From Nitrososphaerales archaeon (lineage in GTDB: Archaea > Thermoproteota > Nitrososphaeria > Nitrososphaerales > JACPRH01), in the NCBI GenBank assembly GCA_030754585.1, contig JASMAB010000001.1:6523-70522 (forward strand): DNA of 64,000 nt. The letters are read 5' to 3'. Shown piece after piece: positions 1 to 9,092 of this stretch. Each line of letters starts with the position of its first letter. The first letter of the stretch is position 1. The translations under genes were made by a program, and so were the position numbers. Under the pieces are notes generated by a model that saw nothing but the letters and a program-made list of their open reading frames with translations, was not told the DNA's origin and ran no database searches.

Positions 1-479
1 TTATCAATCTGCAGAAAAGAACCATCAAACTTCAATCTGGCAAAATAGCTCATAGAGAAATAATAAAGCACCCCGGTTCAGTAGCCATAATCCCTATCCT
101 CGATAATAATACCATAATTCTAATAGAACAATACAGGAGTGCATTAGAAAAGGTGATACTAGAAATACCTGCAGGAACATTAGACCATAGTGAAAAACCA
201 GAGGACTGTGCAAGAAGAGAACTTCTGGAGGAAACAGGGTACCAAGCAAGAAACTTTAGAAAACTTCTTGCAAGCTATACAACACCGGGCTACAGCGATG
301 AAGAAATGCATTTCTATCTAGCCACAGAGCTTACATATAAAGGAGCAAGACCAGAAGAAGATGAAAATATTAGAACAAGAATGATAAAGTTAGACGAAAT
401 AAACCGGATGATAAAGAATGGAGAAATAAATGATATGAAGACAATATCTGGTATTTCCAGAATAAAATTTAATGCGTAA
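1..479 (+). CDS. NUDIX hydrolase (ADP-ribose pyrophosphatase-like), 5' end outside window
   Basis: The frame of the listed 153..479 ORF stays open back to the window edge (..KIAHREIIKHPGSVAIIPIL..). Nudix box GTLDHSEKPEDCARRELLEETGY fits GX5EX7REUXEEXGU. Confidence 0.8.
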   Translation, partial: INLQKRTIKLQSGKIAHREIIKHPGSVAIIPILDNNTIILIEQYRSALEKVILEIPAGTLDHSEKPEDCARRELLEETGYQARNFRKLLASYTTPGYSDEEMHFYLATELTYKGARPEEDENIRTRMIKLDEINRMIKNGEINDMKTISGISRIKFNA

Positions 480-481
480 GA

Positions 482-1651
482 TTATACGAACGGGTTTTCC
501 CACTTTAGAATGACATCAGTAACCTCAGGTCTAATCATTTCAGGAGGAGGCCTTTCACCTTTTATCAGTATATCCCGAAGCTTTGTACCGCTAAACTCTA
601 CCCTTACCTCTGGATCTGGGCACTCCAAATTCTGTGTAGGAGCATGTGGACAAGTCTTATCATTAGCTGAACTTCCACATGTTCTACAATAAAAAAATGA
701 TGGGAAAAAGAGAGGAGAGATTCCTAAATCTGGGAACTTTTCAAAAATTTCTTGAGCTGCATACGGAGGATAAAAATTACCTACTCCCGCATGGTCACGC
801 CCTAAAATAAAGTGAGTGCAACCAAAATTTTTCCTTATTATTGCGTGAAAAATGGCCTCCCTAGGTCCTGCATATCTCATCTCAGTTTGAAGAATTGCCA
901 GCATTGCGCGTTCCTTAAGATAATAATTATCGATTAGCACACGGTATGTTTCCAAAATAACATCATCCTTAAAATCACCTGATTTTTTTCGCCCAATTAC
1001 TGGATTAATAAAAAGTCCATCCACAAAGGTGAGAGCAGTTTTTTGAACATATTCATGCCCTACATGCGGAACATTCCTCGTCTGAAACCCTACAATAGTC
1101 TTCCACCCACGGTCCTCAAAAGATTTCCTAGTTTCAGCTGGAGACAAATGATATTTAGGATAAGAAGACTCAGACGAATCAACTAAATTGATTTTTCCAC
1201 CCAACAAAATATCCTCAAGTTTAAAGGCTCCAGCAACTCCAGGATGGCGAGTATCAACAGTTCCATATACTTTTTCAGCTAACTCTTTTTTATTGAATTT
1301 ATACTTGTCTTCAACCTCCATTGAAGCAATAAAATGGCCATCAGAGCTTAATCTCACAGTATCTCCAATTGATATCTTATTGGCTTCTTCATTGTTAATA
1401 TCAAGAATAATAGGTATGGTCCATGCCAAGTCATTACTCAACCGTTTAGAATTCACCACATTATCAAGATCATTTTGAACTAGAAATCCTTCAAGCGGAC
1501 TATAGACACCAGTTGCGATATTTTCAATCTCTTTTTCTCGCTGTTGATTTACCTCTATTTCGAACAACTCGGTTTTTTCATCCAACACTTTCTCTTTTGC
1601 ACCACCCTTCAGGACTCTATTGACCAGTTGTCCACCATGCGGATTAATCAT
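482..1651 (-). CDS. sat: sulfate adenylyltransferase (ATP sulfurylase)
   Basis: 389 aa. Motifs QTRNVPHVGHEY and GRDHAGVG, and a C-terminal Cys/His cluster CRTCGSSANDKTCPH, are typical of ATP sulfurylase. Confidence 0.9.
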   Translation of the reverse strand: MINPHGGQLVNRVLKGGAKEKVLDEKTELFEIEVNQQREKEIENIATGVYSPLEGFLVQNDLDNVVNSKRLSNDLAWTIPIILDINNEEANKISIGDTVRLSSDGHFIASMEVEDKYKFNKKELAEKVYGTVDTRHPGVAGAFKLEDILLGGKINLVDSSESSYPKYHLSPAETRKSFEDRGWKTIVGFQTRNVPHVGHEYVQKTALTFVDGLFINPVIGRKKSGDFKDDVILETYRVLIDNYYLKERAMLAILQTEMRYAGPREAIFHAIIRKNFGCTHFILGRDHAGVGNFYPPYAAQEIFEKFPDLGISPLFFPSFFYCRTCGSSANDKTCPHAPTQNLECPDPEVRVEFSGTKLRDILIKGERPPPEMIRPEVTDVILKWENPFV

Positions 1652-1789
1652 TCAAAACTGCATCTCCTCCGCGTTCAAATATCGCGTGATTCAGCAAGCA
1701 CACAACAATCATACCCATCTGCATCTTGTCGCAAGTATATAACCATAGTTATAATCATAAACAATTAGGTAAAATCTTTATGTGTAGAA

Positions 1790-1808
1790 CACATCTACCA
1801 TAGATGTG
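1790..1808. promoter_or_regulatory. perfect 8-bp inverted repeat (CACATCTA-cca-TAGATGTG) between a TATA-like CTTTATGT and the start of the RAM-domain gene
   Basis: Read directly from the sequence. It lies 8 nt upstream of the TTG start at 1816 and just downstream of the AT-rich TATA-like element at about 1776-1783. Confidence 0.3.
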
Positions 1809-1815
1809 ATAAAAG

Positions 1816-2058
1816 TTGCCTACTTCATTTGTTCTTGTTACTAGTGATCCTGAGGTAGAGGAGGAACTCATGGAAGAACTAATAAAAGTTGAGGGAGTTA
1901 AAGAAGTTCACTCAGTCTATGGAATATATGACTTTATTGTGAAAGTTGAAGCAGAATCGTTGGAGGAATTGAAAAACACAATAACCTGGAAAGTTAGGAG
2001 ATTAAGCAAAGTTAAAGCAAGCGTGACAATGGTTGTAGCTCAGTCCAGAACATCCTAA
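1816..2058 (+). CDS. stand-alone Lrp/AsnC-type ligand-binding (RAM) domain protein
   Basis: 80 aa. The pattern VKEVHSVYGIYDFIVKVEAESLEELKNTI..KVKASVTMVV matches the RAM/AsnC C-terminal fold and there is no HTH. TTG start. Confidence 0.65.
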   Translation: MPTSFVLVTSDPEVEEELMEELIKVEGVKEVHSVYGIYDFIVKVEAESLEELKNTITWKVRRLSKVKASVTMVVAQSRTS

Positions 2059-2358
2059 GAAAAATACATCAGCATCATTTTTTCACATTAGTTTATGACA
2101 CATGACAATACTCCAAAATGAATAGCTGTACCATCAAACATATCTTCAATTCCTGCTCTTTCAAGGATGGTACTATCTAATCTATTCGATTATAGCTTCA
2201 ATCAGAGCATCTCATTTCTCCCACAATTCGTCTTAGACTCTACCAATAAACGACCCAATTAGTGACATAAACCACAATAAGATCTTCTTGTAATACTGTA
2301 GACCGTGATATTTCTTCTCAGAAAAGAAATCAAAGTTTATCTCAATCTAATTTACATT

Positions 2359-3465
2359 TCATTTATAGAACTGATGCAGAGAATCAACTACGAACTTCAC
2401 ATCCAAATCACTTAGCTCTGGATGCAAAGGAAGCGAAAGAACCTCTCTAGATATCTGCTCAGTCAACGGGAGATTAAAATTATCTAAATTTAATGCTTTA
2501 TGTTTATGAAGAGGTTTGGGCCAAGAAACCAAAATCTCTATTCCTTCTTGAAGTAGATAGGCTACAAGTTCATCACGATTATCGGATCGAATCACATAGT
2601 TTTGATAGACATCATAAAAGTCACCTTGATCAGGTGGTGGAGGGAGTTGCAATGAAGCAAGGTCTGATAACCCTTTGTGATAGAGGTGAGCGATCTCACG
2701 TCTTCTTTCAATCCATTGTGGGAGATATTTTAGCTTAATATTTAGAATAGCAGCGTGAAGATTATCAAGACGACTATTGAATCCATGAAATAGAAATTCA
2801 CCAGTTTCTCTTTCTTGACCATGATCTCTAAGCAAAAATAATTTCTCTGCAGTCTCCTTATCATCTGTAACTATCATGCCTCCATCTCCTAGAGTTCCTA
2901 AGATTTTTGCAGGATAGAAACTGAAACAACCAGTCAAGCCAAAGCTACCTGCTCGTCGTTGCTTGTAACTTGCGCTTACTGCTTGGGCAGCATCTTCTAT
3001 TACAAGAAGTTCATGATCAGAAGCAATTTTCATTATCTTATCCATTTCGCAGATTCTGCCGTTTAGATGAACCGGGATAATTGCTTTAGTGTTTTCAGTG
3101 ATTGCTGCCACAATTTTGTTGTCATCAATATTATGGTCGTTATTGATATCAACAAGAATTGGTTTTGCGTTACACTGGAAAATGGTTGCAACTGTAGCCG
3201 CAAAGGTATGAGCAACAGTTATCACCTCAGCTCCTTCGGCAATATTAGCAGCTTTCAGGGACAAGAAAAGGGCATCTGTTCCGTTTGCAACACCTATTGC
3301 ATACTTTACACCTATAAATTCTGCGAAATTCTTTTCGAATTCTTGAAGATGCCTCCTAAGGATATAGTCACCACCAGAAAGCACTTCCTGAATAACGGCG
3401 TCAACTTCTCCCTTGATTTTTCTATAGTGTTTAGGAAAATCTACAAAACGGACCCGATAATCCAT
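2359..3465 (-). CDS. DegT/DnrJ/EryC1/StrS-family PLP-dependent sugar aminotransferase
   Basis: 368 aa. Motifs GVANGTDAL, VIEDAAQA and FSFYPAKILG (PLP lysine context) are typical of the family. Confidence 0.85.
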   Translation of the reverse strand: MDYRVRFVDFPKHYRKIKGEVDAVIQEVLSGGDYILRRHLQEFEKNFAEFIGVKYAIGVANGTDALFLSLKAANIAEGAEVITVAHTFAATVATIFQCNAKPILVDINNDHNIDDNKIVAAITENTKAIIPVHLNGRICEMDKIMKIASDHELLVIEDAAQAVSASYKQRRAGSFGLTGCFSFYPAKILGTLGDGGMIVTDDKETAEKLFLLRDHGQERETGEFLFHGFNSRLDNLHAAILNIKLKYLPQWIERRREIAHLYHKGLSDLASLQLPPPPDQGDFYDVYQNYVIRSDNRDELVAYLLQEGIEILVSWPKPLHKHKALNLDNFNLPLTEQISREVLSLPLHPELSDLDVKFVVDSLHQFYK

Positions 3466-3466
3466 T

Positions 3467-4444
3467 CTATTTTGGCACCAATTCTCTAATCTTTGAAACT
3501 ATCGTTTTCGCTTTAGGATAATAAACCGCTTCTAGGGGGGAGCTTGCTGGAGCAGGTGAATCAGGTAGTGAAACCCGCATAATTGGAGCATTCAAGTATT
3601 CGAATGCTTCACTTCCTACAATTGCTGAAACCTCTGCACCAATACCGGAACTTGGCCAACCGGCATCTACAATAATAAATCTACCAGTTTTTTTTACTGA
3701 ATTGATTAAGATTTGTTTATCTAGCGGTTTCAATGAACGTAGATCTATAACTTCCACATCAATTCCTTCATCCGCAAGGCTATCAGCAGCTTTGATTGCT
3801 TCAGTTACCATATAGGAACTTGCAGCCACTGTTATGTTTTTACCCTTTCTCCTTATCATCCCTTCGCCAATAGGAATAGAATATAATTCTTCAGGTACAT
3901 CATCTTCCAATTCGTATAACCAACGATCATCAATGTAGATAACAGGGTCATCATCCTCTACGGCAGAGACCAGAAGCCCCTTGGCATCGTAGGCCGTGCT
4001 TGGCATCACAACTTTAAACCCTGGAATGTGAGATAACATCGCCTGCAGACTCTGAGAATGCTGAGCAGCTTGTTCTCCACCTCTATTGATTATAGCCCAC
4101 ACTGTCAAAGGAACATTCAGCTGTCCACCGAACATATAATGCCAGCTCCCAGCGTGATTCACTAATTGGTCCATAGCATAGTACATAAAATCCATTCTTG
4201 GAAAAATCAGAATTGGACGCATAGCAGCCAATGCCGCACCGACTGCCACCCCCGTTATACCGTTCTCAGAAACTGGAGTATCGATAACTCGTCTAGAACC
4301 GAATTTATCTAAAAGACCATTAGTGGTTTGTCCAACATACCACGGGCTGGTGACCCCTTGACCAATTAAGAACACTCGAGGATCCTTCTTCATAAGTTGA
4401 TGTAGCGTCTGATTTATCGCTTGATTATACTGAATTTTTGGCAT
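3467..4444 (-). CDS. TPP-dependent 2-oxoacid dehydrogenase E1 component, beta-like subunit
   Basis: 325 aa. Transketolase-like pyrimidine-binding and C-terminal domains (VIDTPVSENGITGVAVGAALAGMRP-like, FKVVMPSTAYDAKGLL). It starts 18 bp after the alpha subunit ends. Confidence 0.85.
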   Translation of the reverse strand: MPKIQYNQAINQTLHQLMKKDPRVFLIGQGVTSPWYVGQTTNGLLDKFGSRRVIDTPVSENGITGVAVGAALAAMRPILIFPRMDFMYYAMDQLVNHAGSWHYMFGGQLNVPLTVWAIINRGGEQAAQHSQSLQAMLSHIPGFKVVMPSTAYDAKGLLVSAVEDDDPVIYIDDRWLYELEDDVPEELYSIPIGEGMIRRKGKNITVAASSYMVTEAIKAADSLADEGIDVEVIDLRSLKPLDKQILINSVKKTGRFIIVDAGWPSSGIGAEVSAIVGSEAFEYLNAPIMRVSLPDSPAPASSPLEAVYYPKAKTIVSKIRELVPK

Positions 4445-4462
4445 TAATGAATCTGCTCCAAA

Positions 4463-5452
4463 TCATTTCGCTTTGAAAACATTATCAAGTAGACTATTTT
4501 CACTCGGGAATGGACTTTTCTTTGCAAACATCAAGGACTCATCTACCTCTTTCTCAACTTCTCTCCGAATCTGAAGAAATTCTGATTTTGACAGAAAATT
4601 ACGACTCAACAATAGTTTTTCCAACTTCTTGATTGGGCCTTTCTCTTTCCAATACGATAATTCTTCTTTACTTCTGAGACCTGTTTCCAAATCATCATTA
4701 GGACCAACATGTCCTCGCCACCTGTAAGTCATACACTCAATCAAAGTGGGACCCTTTCCTCGGCGAGCATCTTTTACTGCCTTCTTGGCTACGTTAAAAA
4801 CTTCTATTACATCGTTCCCATTGACCTGAACACCACGCATACGAAATATGTTTGCTTTCTTCTGGATATCTGTATCAGCTAGATGATCCGAAATGTGGAC
4901 GTGAGTAGAGTAAAGGTTGTTTTCGCATACAAAGACAACGGGTAACTTTTTTAGTGCTGCAAAATTAAGTGATTCGTACCAAACTCCCTCATTAGTAGCA
5001 CCGTCACCGAAGAAAACAACCGAAACATTATCAGTTTTCTGAATTGAAAAAGCCAGAGCAGCTCCAACAGCAGGAGAAATAGATCCTGCAACAATTGCAG
5101 AGCTCCCGATAAAACCCACTGCTGGAAAAGAAAGATGCATAGATCCACCTCTGCCCTTTGAGCAGCCTGTCACCTTGCCGTAAAGTTCAGCCATCAAAGC
5201 ATTCAAGTTACCACCCTTAGCGACATAGTGACCATGAGAACGGTGTGAACTAAAAACATAATCATCTTTTCTTAGGGCATTACACACCCCTGTCGCCACA
5301 GCTTCTTGTCCTATGTATAGATGACAGGGACAGACAATTTCATTTTGCTGAATAAGGTTCCCAACTTTTTCCTCAAACAAACGGATTCTAAGCATCGTTT
5401 GATACATTGTTCGCAGGTTATTTGAGGATAAATCAACCGTTCTTTCAGTCAT
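4463..5452 (-). CDS. TPP-dependent 2-oxoacid dehydrogenase E1 component, alpha-like subunit
   Basis: 329 aa. TPP-binding motif GDGATNEG..(27 aa)..ENN, plus the YRWRGH segment typical of E1 alpha. Confidence 0.85.
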   Translation of the reverse strand: MTERTVDLSSNNLRTMYQTMLRIRLFEEKVGNLIQQNEIVCPCHLYIGQEAVATGVCNALRKDDYVFSSHRSHGHYVAKGGNLNALMAELYGKVTGCSKGRGGSMHLSFPAVGFIGSSAIVAGSISPAVGAALAFSIQKTDNVSVVFFGDGATNEGVWYESLNFAALKKLPVVFVCENNLYSTHVHISDHLADTDIQKKANIFRMRGVQVNGNDVIEVFNVAKKAVKDARRGKGPTLIECMTYRWRGHVGPNDDLETGLRSKEELSYWKEKGPIKKLEKLLLSRNFLSKSEFLQIRREVEKEVDESLMFAKKSPFPSENSLLDNVFKAK

Positions 5453-5470
5453 AAAAAAGAGCCTTCTTGC

Positions 5471-6433
5471 TCAAAGTGTGATTCGTTCTTCTGAACCAAA
5501 ATATTTGTATTGCTGAATGAATGTATTCAGCCCTTCTTTTATACCAATTTTTGGAGTCCACTCTAAAATCTCATTAGCTTTACCAGCGTTTGCAATTAGC
5601 CTGTCGACCTCCCCGATTCTTGGGGACACATTCACAGGCTTAAGGCTACCTTTTTTTCCGCTTAATTCAATAATCAAGTTTGCAAGATCTAAGATAGATA
5701 TTTCTTTACCACTTCCAAAATTAATCGGTTCTGGAAGTTTCTTATTATATTTAAAGAGCAGATCATAAGCTCGCACAACATCATCTATATGGGTATAATC
5801 ACGTGTCTGCAAACCATCTCCATAAACAATTGGGGGAAAATTACTTAAAATCCTTCTAGTAAATATTGAAATTACCCCACCATATCCGACAGATTTCTGT
5901 CTAGGCCCATAAACGTTAAACATCCGAGGAATAACCACGTTCAATCCATAAGTTTTAGCATATGCATAACATAGTCTATCAGCTGCAATTTTGCTTGCAC
6001 CGTAAGGGTGTGGAGCATTTAAAGGATGGTTTTCATCAATGGGTACATTCATTGCTGAACCATAGACTTCACTTGATGAGGCATGAATAATCTTTTTGAC
6101 ATCATAAAGTCTGGCCATTTCTAGGACATTTTGGGTTCCCATGATATTAATGTCAAAAGTAAGTTTAGGCTCGACATATGACCTATCCACATGGATTTGA
6201 GCAGCGAGATTAAATATGAAATCCACATCTTTTACCACTCGGTCTAAAAGATCAGAATTTCTAATATCTCCTTTTACAAGTTTAAAATTTTGAAAATCTA
6301 ATAAATGCTTAATATTTGTAAGGCTTCCACTTAGAAAATTGTCCATGCAGATCACTGTATGACCTTCTTTCACATACTTCTCACAAAGGCTACTTCCAAT
6401 AAAGCCGGCTCCACCAGTTATCAGTAACTTCAT
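5471..6433 (-). CDS. NAD-dependent NDP-sugar epimerase/dehydratase (extended SDR, UDP-glucuronate-decarboxylase/4,6-dehydratase-like)
   Basis: 320 aa. Motifs GGAGFIGS, DNFLSG..N, SSSEVYG, YGASK and CYAY..FNVYGPR. Confidence 0.85.
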   Translation of the reverse strand: MKLLITGGAGFIGSSLCEKYVKEGHTVICMDNFLSGSLTNIKHLLDFQNFKLVKGDIRNSDLLDRVVKDVDFIFNLAAQIHVDRSYVEPKLTFDINIMGTQNVLEMARLYDVKKIIHASSSEVYGSAMNVPIDENHPLNAPHPYGASKIAADRLCYAYAKTYGLNVVIPRMFNVYGPRQKSVGYGGVISIFTRRILSNFPPIVYGDGLQTRDYTHIDDVVRAYDLLFKYNKKLPEPINFGSGKEISILDLANLIIELSGKKGSLKPVNVSPRIGEVDRLIANAGKANEILEWTPKIGIKEGLNTFIQQYKYFGSEERITL

Positions 6434-6438
6434 CTAGT

Positions 6439-7554
6439 TCACCTTTTAGATAAAACCTCATAAAGGTTTTCCATTTTTGCCATTTCTGTCCGGTGATTTA
6501 GTCTCTTTTCAATGATAGCTTGATTAATTATACCAAATCTGGTTCTTTCTTCTTTATTCTCAAGTAAATAGATGATCTTTTCAGCCAATGATTCAATATC
6601 TTTACTTGTAAAAAGAAAACCATTAACCCCATTCTTCACCCATCTCTTATTATCTCCAAAATCTGTTATAATAACTGGTACACCACAAGCCATTGCTTCT
6701 GCTGTACTTGCTGCCAATCCTGCGTCTGATAAGGATGTAGATACATATATGTCAGCTGAGGCAACATATTTCGCAACTTCCTCGCTCGGGATTGACCCTA
6801 CAAAGTTCACATTCTTAGAGACTTTCAGTTTTTTAGTTAGAGCCCTCAGAAATACCCCTTGAGACCCTTCTCCAACAATTACAAACCTTGCTTTTGGAAC
6901 CTTTTTTAAAACTATTCTTACAGATTTAACAAAGGTTTCGATATTGTAGATAGGTTCAAGATTTCTAAGACTCATAATAATTGATGAATCAATAGCACCT
7001 AATCTTGCTCTTAATCCCATACTTCTTTGCTTTGGATTAAATTTCTGAGTATCTGTTCCAAAATATACCAAATGTATCTTTGAATGAATTGCCCCAAGTT
7101 CATCTAAAGCTTTTATCATATGTTCTGCATCACACGTAATAAGATCAGCTTTTTTCAAAGCATATTTCACCATATATCTGAGTATTCTAAATTGGTCAGG
7201 ATTAATCAAAATATCTGAACCCCAAGTAGTAAGTACCATTGGATGATAATTTACTAACGCTGCAATGAATCCATAGTGCGAAGCATAATGAGCATGCACC
7301 ACATCAGGTTTTTCGTCTGCCAATATTCGTCTAACACCATGGATGGAAACGGGGGAGAACACATATCTAAAAGCAGAATCTGCACTAGTCAAAGGCATTC
7401 GGATTCCACCCATTAGATTATACTGCTTAACACTTATTGTATCATTTATTTCACTTGTTATTGCAAATACGTCATGTCCTCTAAGCTTGAAGTAGTTGAT
7501 CCATCTTTCAGTGTGGCTCGACTTACAGTCAGCAAGATACGCGATTTTCATCAC
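6439..7554 (-). CDS. glycosyltransferase, GT-B fold (GT4-like)
   Basis: 371 aa. The C-terminal segment SLSDAGLAASTAEAMACGVPVIITDFGDN is typical of the GT4 EX7E region. Confidence 0.85.
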   Translation of the reverse strand: MMKIAYLADCKSSHTERWINYFKLRGHDVFAITSEINDTISVKQYNLMGGIRMPLTSADSAFRYVFSPVSIHGVRRILADEKPDVVHAHYASHYGFIAALVNYHPMVLTTWGSDILINPDQFRILRYMVKYALKKADLITCDAEHMIKALDELGAIHSKIHLVYFGTDTQKFNPKQRSMGLRARLGAIDSSIIMSLRNLEPIYNIETFVKSVRIVLKKVPKARFVIVGEGSQGVFLRALTKKLKVSKNVNFVGSIPSEEVAKYVASADIYVSTSLSDAGLAASTAEAMACGVPVIITDFGDNKRWVKNGVNGFLFTSKDIESLAEKIIYLLENKEERTRFGIINQAIIEKRLNHRTEMAKMENLYEVLSKR

Positions 7555-7668
7555 ATCACCATTTTTTTCTAACTGACCATAGATAATAGATGACCCATTT
7601 TAGAACGTTGTGATACTCTAGTAGAACTTGGAATTGTGTTTGACTTTATCGCCAACGCCCTTAAATGA

Positions 7669-9024
7669 ATGTTTTTATCTCAGCATCCCGTGCTGATGCA
7701 CTTTATGAAGAAGGTATTAATCATAACAGATCTGGTTCATGCAACACCTAGGATACCTAGAGTAGCAAAATATTTACCGGAATTCGGTTGGCAACCTATT
7801 ATCTTAACTACACCTTCATATATTGGACATAATCTCGGAATAAATGTCGAAAAGCTAGTTAAACAGAACCGAGTAATAGTAGTACCCTACCGCAATTATC
7901 TTAATCATTTCTTAGATATAACAAAAAAAATCTTTGGTTTTAATCCTCAAAAAAGTATTAGAAGACAAGCAGATAAACAGTTTGGCATTGACTCACCAAA
8001 AACATCTATGATCAGATTCCTCCTCAGGATCGTAAAAGAGGTCTCATACTATCCAGATCAATTTAGAGATTGGCGGAAATCTGCCATAAATGTGTGTAAT
8101 GACCTTATGCTAAAAGAAAACATAGACGCATTAATTAGTAGCTCATCACCAGTTACATCTCATATTATTGCTAAAGAATTTAAACAACAACACAAGATCC
8201 CATGGATAGCGGATCTAAGAGATCTTTGGTCGCAAAATCACAATTACCCATACAGCTCACTAAGGAATGTAATAGATAGAAATATTGAACTACGGACATT
8301 ATCACAAGCAGATACTTTGGTAACTGTTTCGGAACCATGGACAAAGAAATTAACACTACTTCATAAAGATAAGAAAGTATATACTATAACTAATGGATTC
8401 TATCCAGAAGAAAGTGTGAATTCACCAACTAATCTCACATCCAAATTCACAATTACGTATACAGGACAAATTTATGAAGAAAGACAAGATCCATCAAAAC
8501 TATTCGCTGCGCTAAGAGATTTGATTAATGAAAATTTGATCAATCCTCTGGAAATTGATGTAAGGTTTTATGGTAACGAAGTTGAATGGCTGACAAAAGA
8601 GACAGAAAAATATGGATTAACAAAAATAGTGAAACAATATGGGAGGGTCACTAGAAAAGTATCTATTGAAAGACAGAGAGAATCACAACTCTTACTGCTA
8701 CTAAACTGGGAAGATATCAGGGAAAAAGGAGTGTGCCCACTCAAGGTCTTTGAGTACCTTGCAGCACAAAGACCAATAATTGCCACAGGAGGATTTGGAC
8801 ATGATGTTATAGAAAGACTCCTTGATGAAACCAATGCCGGATTCTATGCCAAAAGGGAGACCATCAAGGAGATTCTCAAAGAAGCATATTCAGAATATAA
8901 GCTAAAAGGCGAAGTTGGTTACCGAGCAAGAACAGGGACAATCAATAGATATAGCTACCAGGAAAAAGCAAAGATGTTTGCGCAGATTCTAGATGATTCA
9001 TTAAAAACAAGAAATTATACATAG
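7669..9024 (+). CDS. glycosyltransferase, GT-B fold with enlarged N-domain
   Basis: 451 aa ORF. The likelier start is MKKVLIITD at 7705. The C-terminal PLKVFEYLAAQRPIIATGG is a GT1/GT4-type nucleotide-sugar binding segment. Confidence 0.7.
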   Translation: MFLSQHPVLMHFMKKVLIITDLVHATPRIPRVAKYLPEFGWQPIILTTPSYIGHNLGINVEKLVKQNRVIVVPYRNYLNHFLDITKKIFGFNPQKSIRRQADKQFGIDSPKTSMIRFLLRIVKEVSYYPDQFRDWRKSAINVCNDLMLKENIDALISSSSPVTSHIIAKEFKQQHKIPWIADLRDLWSQNHNYPYSSLRNVIDRNIELRTLSQADTLVTVSEPWTKKLTLLHKDKKVYTITNGFYPEESVNSPTNLTSKFTITYTGQIYEERQDPSKLFAALRDLINENLINPLEIDVRFYGNEVEWLTKETEKYGLTKIVKQYGRVTRKVSIERQRESQLLLLLNWEDIREKGVCPLKVFEYLAAQRPIIATGGFGHDVIERLLDETNAGFYAKRETIKEILKEAYSEYKLKGEVGYRARTGTINRYSYQEKAKMFAQILDDSLKTRNYT

Positions 9025-9092
9025 ATTACCTTTCATTTCAGGGGGAACGGCATCTAGAATTTAAGATCTGACAATGTTTCTGGTCAGCATTA

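Noticed and set aside
482-1651. The idea that ATP sulfurylase next to the glycan island indicates a sulfated glycan pathway.
   Set aside because: No APS kinase, PAPS-dependent sulfotransferase or sulfatase-maturase partner is present. sat is separated from the island by an unrelated gene and 300 bp. It is more simply assimilatory.
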